DNA of 64,000 bases from Candidatus Marinacidobacterales bacterium. Its GTDB lineage: Bacteria; Acidobacteriota; Vicinamibacteria; Marinacidobacterales; DATDRI01. This document shows positions 56,761-64,000 of the stretch, piece after piece. The notes beneath the pieces are model-generated. The model did not search any database. It was not told where the DNA came from and saw nothing but the letters and a program-made list of their open reading frames with translations. Position numbers and translations under genes: made by a program. The DNA lies in contig OZ245365.1 in the NCBI GenBank assembly GCA_965226495.1, forward strand, positions 128,001 through 192,000. Reading direction: 5' to 3'. How positions within the stretch are numbered: position 1 is the stretch's first letter; each line of letters begins with the position of its first letter.

Positions 56761-58848
56761 TCATTCGTTTTTGATGTAGTTCTTCTGAAACAGCTTGATT
56801 GCGGGCAGCAGGTCCTGCTTGTCGGTCAGCGTTCCCTGAAACAGATCCCCGAGCCGGGCGAGCCGCGGCAGCACATTCTCGATCGTGAACATCGAGGGGT
56901 GCAGCTCGGAGTCGAGCTCGTCCCAATCGAGCGGCGTCGAGACAGATGCTCCGGGCACTGGCCGAGCTACATAAGGCGGTACCACCGTCTGTCCGCGGCG
57001 GTTCTGTAGAAAGTCGATATACACCTTGCCGCCCCGTCGATTCACGACTCTCTCTACGGTGGCGATGTCTTTTTGGTCGTTGGCTACGAGGCGCGCGATG
57101 CCTTCGCAGAACTGGACCGCATGGTCGTAGCTGTAACCGGGCAGGAGGGGCACGTAGACATGGAGGCCGGTCGCCCCAGAAGTCTTCAGATAAGGCCTCA
57201 ATCCAATACCCCGCAGCACTTTCCCGATCGCGCGCGCGACGCGGACCACGTGGGGGAAGGGCGAGCCGTCTGGATCGAGGTCGAGAATGGCCCAATCGGG
57301 GGAATCCAGGCTGCCTCGCCGCGAGAGCCAAGGATGGAGATCGATGCTTCCCAAGTTGGCCATGTAAAGAAGCGTGTCCCGGTTATTGCAAATAATGAAG
57401 CGGATGGGCTTGGTCTTGCTCTCGAAATCGATGTGCTCGAGGGTGATCCAATCGGCGATGTGCTCGGGGGCATCTTTCTGATAGAAGGCTTTGCCTTCGA
57501 TGCCGTCCGGGTAGCGGAGCATGTGAACCGGGCGTTCGTGAAGGTAGGGCACGATGAGATCGGCGACCTTGTCGTAATAGTTGATGAGATCGCCCTTGGT
57601 GAACCCTTCCTTGGGCCAGTAGACCTTCTCCAAGTTGCTGAACTTGATTTTGTTTCGCGTCTTTTGGGGCGTAGCCTGCTTGAGCGCTTCGAGGAGATCC
57701 CTCTCCTTTGCATCGTCGGCGGGACGGGCGGGGATCTCACGCCAAGAGGCCGATAGGCCGGAGGCGTAGTTTCCGGACGCCTCCTTGGCCACCACCGCGG
57801 GGAGGCCGGCAGTCGACGTCACCTCGACGAGATCTTCACCTCGACCCTGGACGTGGTCGACGTACAAAACGTCAGAGAGCGGAGGCAGCACCGCGGCGAG
57901 GATTTTCTTTCTTTCCACAAGAGGTAGTTCCTGGACATTCCAATCATCGTAATGGAGCAGATCGAAGGCGTAGAAAGAGACGGCGCTGTTTCCACCATCC
58001 CTAAGCTGTCGTTCCAATATCCCCTTGGAAGGGCGGCGGGCTTCATCGAGGGAGACTAGGACCCCATCAAGGGAAGCGTTTTCCGCTCGGAGCTGGGTGG
58101 CCTGTTCCACGAGCGCAGGGAGCTTCCTGGCTAGATCGCTTCCATCGGGAGTGAGTATCTGAACCGTATCCCCATGCTTCATGAACATCGCGCGCTGGCC
58201 CCGGAATTTCATTTCGAAGAGCCAACCAGGGTCGGAGAACGGTTGGGAAGGTTCGCCGATCTCCATGGGTGGAACGTACTGCGGAGCGGGAGCTTCCGCG
58301 GCACGAGTCAGGTCAAAGAACGGGGCGGGGTCGTCTTCCGTTCTTGCATAGCGGTCCTTGGCCTTGAAGATGAGCCATTCATCTTTGCCCGACTTGGTTC
58401 GGACGAGATGCCACTCTCCGCGGAGTTTTTTCCCGAAAAGGGTCAACTCCAGCTTGCCATCTTGGGCACCTTGGCTTCCATCTTTGTCCTTCGGGATTTG
58501 GTAGCGGCCGCGATCCCAGATCGTCATCGTTCCCGCGCCGTAGGCGTCCTTTGGGATGACTCCGCTGAAGTGCTCGTACTCGAGCGGATGATCTTCGGTC
58601 CGGACGGCTAGTCGCTTGACCGAAGGTTCGTAGGAGAAGCCGCGTGGCACCGCCCAGGACTTGAGCACGCCGTCCATCTCGAGTCGGAGGTCGTAATGGA
58701 GTCTTCGCGCTTCGTGTCGGTGGACTACGAAGGCGGGCGCGCCCGGTCTTAACGTGGGTTCGCCGGGAGGCGGCTCGGGCGTTCTCTTGAAATCACGTTT
58801 TTCGCGGTACTCATCGATCGATCTCGACTTCGACTTTCGCTTCGCCAT
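56761..58848 (-). CDS. ligD: LigD (phosphoesterase - degenerate ligase - primase/polymerase)
   Basis: PE: HEARRLHYDLRLE, SWAVP, EDHPLEY; POL: RYPDG, DLDP, KTSG..GLH, YIDFLQN; central ligase-like segment is degenerate. Confidence 0.88.
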   Translation of the reverse strand: MAKRKSKSRSIDEYREKRDFKRTPEPPPGEPTLRPGAPAFVVHRHEARRLHYDLRLEMDGVLKSWAVPRGFSYEPSVKRLAVRTEDHPLEYEHFSGVIPKDAYGAGTMTIWDRGRYQIPKDKDGSQGAQDGKLELTLFGKKLRGEWHLVRTKSGKDEWLIFKAKDRYARTEDDPAPFFDLTRAAEAPAPQYVPPMEIGEPSQPFSDPGWLFEMKFRGQRAMFMKHGDTVQILTPDGSDLARKLPALVEQATQLRAENASLDGVLVSLDEARRPSKGILERQLRDGGNSAVSFYAFDLLHYDDWNVQELPLVERKKILAAVLPPLSDVLYVDHVQGRGEDLVEVTSTAGLPAVVAKEASGNYASGLSASWREIPARPADDAKERDLLEALKQATPQKTRNKIKFSNLEKVYWPKEGFTKGDLINYYDKVADLIVPYLHERPVHMLRYPDGIEGKAFYQKDAPEHIADWITLEHIDFESKTKPIRFIICNNRDTLLYMANLGSIDLHPWLSRRGSLDSPDWAILDLDPDGSPFPHVVRVARAIGKVLRGIGLRPYLKTSGATGLHVYVPLLPGYSYDHAVQFCEGIARLVANDQKDIATVERVVNRRGGKVYIDFLQNRRGQTVVPPYVARPVPGASVSTPLDWDELDSELHPSMFTIENVLPRLARLGDLFQGTLTDKQDLLPAIKLFQKNYIKNE

Positions 58849-58950
58849 GGTTTCCGACCAAGCCCATTCAGGAATGTCCAACAATCTAACAGGCGAAGGG
58901 CCGCTCGTGCCAGCGGACGCTTTAGGAAAGAAAGAGGAAAGAGGAAGCGA

Positions 58951-59793
58951 CTACTGGTCTTGCTGCGGTTGGTCTTCCTGTTGCTGAGGGGCGTTCGGAT
59001 CGGTCGGTACCGGAATGGGACGCCCGAACTGATCGGTGAACGGGTAATAAGCAGGTGGTGCTGGCCTTTTGGTCGGAGGTGAGCCCGACTCCTCCTGCTG
59101 CGTGCCGCTCCCGGTCTGCGCGCCAAAGGGGGACGATTCGAGCCCCGGCGTGAAAGAGCTGCGAGGGAAGGCCGGAGGTGGCGGTAAGTAGCCCGGGTCA
59201 GCGGCGGGCGCCGGCGCCTCGTTCTGGAAGTCTCCCTCGGCGTCTTCGGCATCCTCCATCTGTTCAAAATCGTTCATGTCGGAGGGGTCATCCAGTTCCT
59301 CGTCCGGCTCGTCGTCGTAATCGTCTTCTGCCTGTGCGGGCGGTGCGGGCCTTCTCCGAGGTGGTCGGGCGCTTCGTCTATTTTGGGGATTCTGGCCGGG
59401 CTGGCTAGAAGCAACTGCACCACCACCTTCTCCGATGAAGATCTTATCGACTCGCTGCCAATCCTCGCGGTCGAACATCATCGCGTAGTTGACACCCGCC
59501 CCAGCTAGTAATCGCTCCAAGGCTTGGTTGACAGGCTGTGCTTCGATGTCGGCGGTAAGGCGCTTCGATTTGACCGGATCTTCGAGAAATAGCTCCAAGC
59601 CGGTCTCCGACTTTATCTGTTCGAAGACCTGCTCCAGCGTGGCGTCGCTACAGCGGATGGTGATGAGACCCCCATGGTAGGAAACCGACGTGGACTGCGA
59701 GTGGGCGTTCGGGGCGGTGAAGGCGAGTATCGCCATGGGCATCATCAACAGGCCCGCCAGCCAGCTTTTCGAGACCGTGTTTCGATTTTCCAC
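58951..59793 (-). CDS. Secreted protein with secretin/TonB N-terminal-like domain and acidic/Pro-rich tail
   Basis: Signal peptide AHS, ATLEQVFEQI...LTADI..P...ALERLL..VNY pattern; low-complexity C-terminus. Confidence 0.55.
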   Translation of the reverse strand: MENRNTVSKSWLAGLLMMPMAILAFTAPNAHSQSTSVSYHGGLITIRCSDATLEQVFEQIKSETGLELFLEDPVKSKRLTADIEAQPVNQALERLLAGAGVNYAMMFDREDWQRVDKIFIGEGGGAVASSQPGQNPQNRRSARPPRRRPAPPAQAEDDYDDEPDEELDDPSDMNDFEQMEDAEDAEGDFQNEAPAPAADPGYLPPPPAFPRSSFTPGLESSPFGAQTGSGTQQEESGSPPTKRPAPPAYYPFTDQFGRPIPVPTDPNAPQQQEDQPQQDQ

Positions 59794-59872
59794 CGAGGTT
59801 ATACCTCGTCCTAAGTTAGCATCGTGGCTTCCTCGCTGTCAAAGCGCAAAATGTGCAGGAGCGCCTCGGGAA

Positions 59873-60982
59873 TCAGACACAAGCTCGATAGACCTCGAGA
59901 GTCCTCCGGGCCGTTTCCTCCCAGCTGAACTGCTTGGCGCGCTCCAGCCCCTTCTGGCGTAAGCCCGCGGCCTGGTCGGTGTCGGTCAAGACGGCTTCGA
60001 GGGTTGAGGCGATGGAGTCCTCGTCCTCGGGCTCTACCCAAGCCACCGCATCTCTGCCCACCTCGGGGAGTGCTCCCCGTCTCGAAGTCACGACCGGCGT
60101 ACCGCAGGCCATCGACTCGAGCACGGGTATCCCGAAGCCTTCTACCAGAGACGGGAAGGCGAAGAGCTCGGCCAAATTGTAGAAAGCGGGCAGATCTTCG
60201 TCCGGAACCGAGCTCAGTATGCGCACGCCCGCATCCTCCGATTTTCCCATTTCCTCGTCGATCGCTTCGAATTGGAAGTCCTTCTTCCCGATAAGAATCA
60301 ATTCGAGGGACGGCTCGACCTTTTCTCGAACCCGACGGAACGCACGGATCAGACGCACGAGGTTCTTTCGAGGCTCGATCCTCCCGACGTCGAGTATGAA
60401 GGGCCGTTGCAATTGGTAGCGTGTCTTGACGCGCGCGATGGCTTCCTCTTCATTGCCAAGGACCCGGAAACGATCGTGGTCCACAGCGTTTGGTATGGCC
60501 ACGACTTTTTCCTCGGGAAGGTCGTATTGCTCCAGGATCGCGCGTCGCGAGAACTCCGACACCGTGAGCACACGCCTCGCTCGACGTGCCGAGTGCCGGA
60601 TCAGCGCTATCGACGTTCGCGAGAAAGCTCCGACGAAGAGCTCGGGGTGAGTTTCGAACAAAACGTCGTGTATGGTAACGATCTCGGGGACTGCGGAAAC
60701 CGGCGGGCAGATGTACTGCGAGTGAAAGAGCGACAAGCGGTCGCGTAGTTCTAGTGCCGGGACTACGATCGGAAGACGAAGCCGCGCCGAAGCGGGGAAG
60801 ACGCGACGGTGCGTCACGCCCGGGGTGTCCAGGAGCTGCTCGGTTTCTTCGGGGTCAAAGCTGTAGACCAGGAGCTCTTCGTCCGTAGCGATCCGAGAGA
60901 GCTCTCGAATGAGGCTCAGGAGGTAAGTGCGGCTTCCCTGGGGCTTGCCGTTGAGGTGGTGGGCGTCGATGCCGATCCGCAC
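59873..60982 (-). CDS. Glycosyltransferase family 4 (GT-B)
   Basis: MRIGIDA, TIHD, VSEFS, GRIEPRKNL, PSLVEGFGIPVLESMACG, FSWE. Confidence 0.92.
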   Translation of the reverse strand: MRIGIDAHHLNGKPQGSRTYLLSLIRELSRIATDEELLVYSFDPEETEQLLDTPGVTHRRVFPASARLRLPIVVPALELRDRLSLFHSQYICPPVSAVPEIVTIHDVLFETHPELFVGAFSRTSIALIRHSARRARRVLTVSEFSRRAILEQYDLPEEKVVAIPNAVDHDRFRVLGNEEEAIARVKTRYQLQRPFILDVGRIEPRKNLVRLIRAFRRVREKVEPSLELILIGKKDFQFEAIDEEMGKSEDAGVRILSSVPDEDLPAFYNLAELFAFPSLVEGFGIPVLESMACGTPVVTSRRGALPEVGRDAVAWVEPEDEDSIASTLEAVLTDTDQAAGLRQKGLERAKQFSWEETARRTLEVYRACV

Positions 60983-60997
60983 CGGGCAGTCCTGCCT

Positions 60998-61756
60998 TTA
61001 AGGTTGCCGCGGGGCAGGAGAACGTGGGTTGTTCCCGCCCGGATTCTGACGCCAGCCCGGCCCACGATTCCCGGGTTGCCCAGGCTGCTGTTGACCAGGG
61101 CGGCCGCCCGGCTGCCTCGCTCCCCCGGGGTTTTGTTGTCCCGGATCCCTCGCCGCAACGTAGATGAACAGCCACTCGTTGTATTTTTCTCCCGAGCCCA
61201 TCGTCCGCAAGAACAGTTCTTCCTTCTTCCCGGGTTTCCGAATGGCTTCTTCTTCGCTCGTGCTCGAGACCCCGATGATTCCGCCGAGCGCTTGCCCGGT
61301 CATGCTTCGCTGGCCGAGACCGCTCGACTGGCCGAGGGTCCGTTGAGGTAACTCAGACCGACCGCCGGCTCTCTGGCGCTGAACGCCGCCGGGGGTGGTG
61401 ATTCCTCTCATCTCGGGAGAGTTCTGTCGAAGGATTTTCCACTCGCCGTCTTCGCTCATCGGATCTTCGTATGCTTGGCGGAGGAACTTGTCCTTTACCA
61501 GAGCCTCCACCTTGGACGGGAAAGCTCCTGGATATTTTCTTTGGTACCGCTCGATGGCCCGGACGTACTGCTTGCCTCGCCAGAGAAGCTCCTCTTCCCG
61601 TTCTCGTTGGTTCACATGCTCCCAGACGGGGACCGCCGCCGCCATGAAGATGCCCATGATGACGAGACCGATGGCGATAGCCAGCAGGACGTAGCCGCGG
61701 TCATTACTATCGAGGGAAGATCGCAGAGGGGCGTGTGATCGGAAAGAGGGAGTCAT
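60998..61756 (-). CDS. Type II secretion/pseudopilin-like protein
   Basis: RGYVLL class III signal-like, QREREEELLWRG.QY.RAI, FLRQAYEDPM, IIGVSS, YNEWLF. Confidence 0.8.
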   Translation of the reverse strand: MTPSFRSHAPLRSSLDSNDRGYVLLAIAIGLVIMGIFMAAAVPVWEHVNQREREEELLWRGKQYVRAIERYQRKYPGAFPSKVEALVKDKFLRQAYEDPMSEDGEWKILRQNSPEMRGITTPGGVQRQRAGGRSELPQRTLGQSSGLGQRSMTGQALGGIIGVSSTSEEEAIRKPGKKEELFLRTMGSGEKYNEWLFIYVAARDPGQQNPGGARQPGGRPGQQQPGQPGNRGPGWRQNPGGNNPRSPAPRQP

Positions 61757-62475
61757 TGTTCGATCGCGGCTTCGCCGGGATTGCCGCCCGCCTTTCGGTA
61801 GAGATCCAAAACCCGACGGACGTAGTTTTTCGTCTCCTTGTAGGGAGGGATGCCACCATGGCGGGAGACCGCGGTCGGACCCGCGTTATAGGCGGCAAGT
61901 GCCAATGACAGGTCGCGATGACCATCGATCTGTTGCTTCAAGTACCGAGCTCCCCCATCGACGTTCTGAGTCGGATCCATGACGTCGACGACACCCAGAC
62001 TACGAGCGGTCTCCGGCATCAGCTGCATGAGGCCTTTGGCTCCCTTACGCGAGACGGCGTTCGGGTCGCCGCTCGATTCGACCCAGATGACCGCTGCCAC
62101 CAGGCGCGAGTCCAGTCCGTACTTTTCGGCCGCCGGCTCGATGACCGGCGCGAGTTGGGGAAGCAAGGGGAGGGCGGCAAGCGCGGGCTCAGGAGCGATC
62201 TCATTGGGGACGATGTTGGCAACGAGCTCCGGGTCTACCGTGACCTCACCGCCACCGGTGAGAAATAACGTGATGAGCTCGTCCTCACGGTGGTAACGGT
62301 CGATGTACAGAATCTTTCCGCTCGCCATGACCGCGATCTCGGCGGTGGCGTTCGTTACTGCCGCCAGAGAGACAGCGAGCAGCATAAATAAGGTTGGCCT
62401 CCTTCCTTTACTCCCTCTCCCTTTGGGAGAGGGTGGGGTGAGGGCGGGGGGAAGAATCGTGAGCCGCACGTTCAC
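61753..62475 (-). CDS. Lytic transglycosylase (SLT domain)
   Basis: VESSGDP.AVS.KGAKGLMQLMP, LAAYNAG, PPYKET..YV; start is GTG 62475 or ATG 62385. Confidence 0.9.
   Translation of the reverse strand: MNVRLTILPPALTPPSPKGRGSKGRRPTLFMLLAVSLAAVTNATAEIAVMASGKILYIDRYHREDELITLFLTGGGEVTVDPELVANIVPNEIAPEPALAALPLLPQLAPVIEPAAEKYGLDSRLVAAVIWVESSGDPNAVSRKGAKGLMQLMPETARSLGVVDVMDPTQNVDGGARYLKQQIDGHRDLSLALAAYNAGPTAVSRHGGIPPYKETKNYVRRVLDLYRKAGGNPGEAAIEQ
62413..62444. repeat. REP-like family A copy in the 5' region of the SLT gene
   Basis: CCCTCTCCC-TTT-GGGAGAGGG-TG-GGGTGAGGG. Confidence 0.75.
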
Positions 62476-62480
62476 TGCCG

Positions 62481-62975
62481 CTACTCGTCCCTATTTCCTT
62501 CGAAGGCCACGTCGACGGTGGTGCAAACCTCTCCGGTAGGGTCCTCGTTCTTACGAATGTCGTTGACGCTGTTGATGAGTCCGCCACGGACTATATTCCG
62601 GCCCTCGAAACGGCCGGAGATGGTATAGCTCCCGGCGTGGATTATCTTCTTGTCCTTGTTCTCCCAGTCCACGGTGGTGAGGAAGGCGTTGTCAACGACG
62701 CGCGCTTCGAATCCGTCGAAGGTCACTCGCCAACGACCGTTGGTGCACTCGTGGTGAATGTTGATGCGGCCGTTCACGACGCGTCCGCCGCTGGTCACGT
62801 CGAAGGCGATGCGTCGTCCTTGTGTCGAGGATGTTTCCCAGTGGCCGGCGATGTTGAAGTCGCTCGCGCGTGGAGGAGGTACCGGCCCTGGGGCCGCGGG
62901 GAGAGGCGTATTGAGGTCGTCGCAAGAAGTGAAGCTCACCAACAACAGGCAAACGAGAAGCGCGGAAGGTTTCAT
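62481..62975 (-). CDS. Hypothetical lipoprotein
   Basis: MKPSALLVCLLLVSFTSC lipobox; beta-rich mature region. Confidence 0.7.
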   Translation of the reverse strand: MKPSALLVCLLLVSFTSCDDLNTPLPAAPGPVPPPRASDFNIAGHWETSSTQGRRIAFDVTSGGRVVNGRINIHHECTNGRWRVTFDGFEARVVDNAFLTTVDWENKDKKIIHAGSYTISGRFEGRNIVRGGLINSVNDIRKNEDPTGEVCTTVDVAFEGNRDE

Positions 62976-62976
62976 C

Positions 62977-63999
62977 TTAGCTCGCCGTGTATCCACCAGC
63001 GAGGCTGCCTGTGCCCCCGTCGGGATTGATCACGGTCACGGAGAACGAAGTTCCCGCTGCCACTGTAATGTCGACCGTGATGGTGACCGATAGCTGGGTG
63101 CTCGACCCGAAGATCACGCTATTGACGACGATCCCACCTGGCGAGAAGCCGACGGTGGCGCCGTTTTGAAAGTCGGTCCCGTTAATCGTGAGGTTGACGG
63201 TGACCGGATCGCGGGCGCCACTGGAGGGTGGTGAGACCGAAGTGATCTGCGGTGAAGGCGCTGCTCCCGGGGTGATGACCAAGAAGGCATCACTCAGGCT
63301 GCCGCTCGAGCCGTCGGGGTTCGTCACGGTGACCGTACGGCCTTGAGTCTCGACGCGAGCGTTCTGATCGATGGTGATGCTCACGCGCAGCTCAGTGCTG
63401 CTGATGTAGTTGACGTTGTTGATGGCGATGCCCTGACCGAAGCTGACCGAACCCCCGGGCAGGAAGTTCGAGCCGGTGATCGTGACGTTGAGCGTGTCAC
63501 CCGGCGCGCCCGAGCTCGGGAAGACGGAGCTTACGATCGGGTTGAGGACCGTCCCGCGCGAGACCGTCGTGCTCCCGGTCACCGTACCGGAGGTGGCGGT
63601 CACGGTGGCGGAGGACTCGTTCTCCAAGGTCAGCCGATCGGACGTCTGGCCGAGCTCGTTGGTCCGTAGGATGGACGACTCGGAAGCCAGGTTACCCGCG
63701 GTCGTGCTGAAGACGAGGGGCACGTCCGACAAGGCGTTGTTGTCGTTATCGAAAACGGTGGCCACGATCCGCGACGTGAAGTCCGGCGGTCCCACGGTAG
63801 CCGGGTTGGCGGTGACCAGGATGTTGATGCCTGTCGCATTGCCGATAAGCACCGGGTTGGCCAGGGTGGCGGTGATTCCCGCCCCCGAGCGAGCTTCGAC
63901 CGTGGCGAGGCCGGCTCGGCCATTGCTCCTTAGAAAGCCGCGCGCCACACCGTTTTGTATATCCACGCGCTCTTCGATGAGGCCGACGTTGGTGGTGAA
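62977..63999 (-). CDS. Surface protein with invasin-type Ig (Big_1-like) and two IPT/TIG domains, 5' end outside the window
   Basis: P.VSSV.P.SG...TITGSNF..G..VSF...TVTVTNPDG repeated twice; ATVFD...LSDVPLVFSTTAG; frame open to the window edge. Confidence 0.75.
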   Translation of the reverse strand, partial: FTTNVGLIEERVDIQNGVARGFLRSNGRAGLATVEARSGAGITATLANPVLIGNATGINILVTANPATVGPPDFTSRIVATVFDNDNNALSDVPLVFSTTAGNLASESSILRTNELGQTSDRLTLENESSATVTATSGTVTGSTTVSRGTVLNPIVSSVFPSSGAPGDTLNVTITGSNFLPGGSVSFGQGIAINNVNYISSTELRVSITIDQNARVETQGRTVTVTNPDGSSGSLSDAFLVITPGAAPSPQITSVSPPSSGARDPVTVNLTINGTDFQNGATVGFSPGGIVVNSVIFGSSTQLSVTITVDITVAAGTSFSVTVINPDGGTGSLAGGYTAS

Positions 64000-64000
64000 G

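Noticed and set aside
58895-58915. Sigma-54 promoter for ligD (TGGCACG on the minus strand)
   Set aside because: No TTGC/GC at the -12 position

Overview
Mostly housekeeping chromosomal DNA (roughly 60% GC by eye), probably from an Acidobacteriota genome. This is inferred from an acidobacterial-type VWA protein, F0 ATP synthase genes separated from F1, and an HTH-TolB-TPR regulator. The window contains: a type IV pilus minor pilin; Moco genes (mogA/moaB, moaE, moaD); a stand-alone nuoL-nuoM pair followed by atpZ/I-atpB-atpE; ilvE, mtnA and tsaD; OPT and TRAP transporters; a diguanylate cyclase and PilZ proteins; an MrfAB-like helicase/exonuclease pair; an MglA-like GTPase; a sigma-54 two-component system; GTP-PEPCK; tRNA-Ala and tRNA-Sec; LigD; and a pseudopilin/lytic transglycosylase cluster. 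Five observations stand out. (1) NuoL has a 26-residue duplication in its amphipathic helix, the signature of 2M complex I, yet it sits with a single nuoM as a separately promoted cassette upstream of the F0 genes. (2) A 73-bp duplication of the selC 3' half brackets a 2.3-kb islet with no integrase. (3) Next to it, a DUF222-like HNH gene is associated with four copies of a 20-bp palindrome (ACTCnnTCCGGAnnGAGT), two of them just downstream of the tRNA-Sec ends. (4) A hammerhead-like RNA fold lies upstream of the diguanylate cyclase. (5) LigD has a degenerate ligase domain. Several genes carry frameshifts or garbled duplications that look like sequencing-consensus errors.
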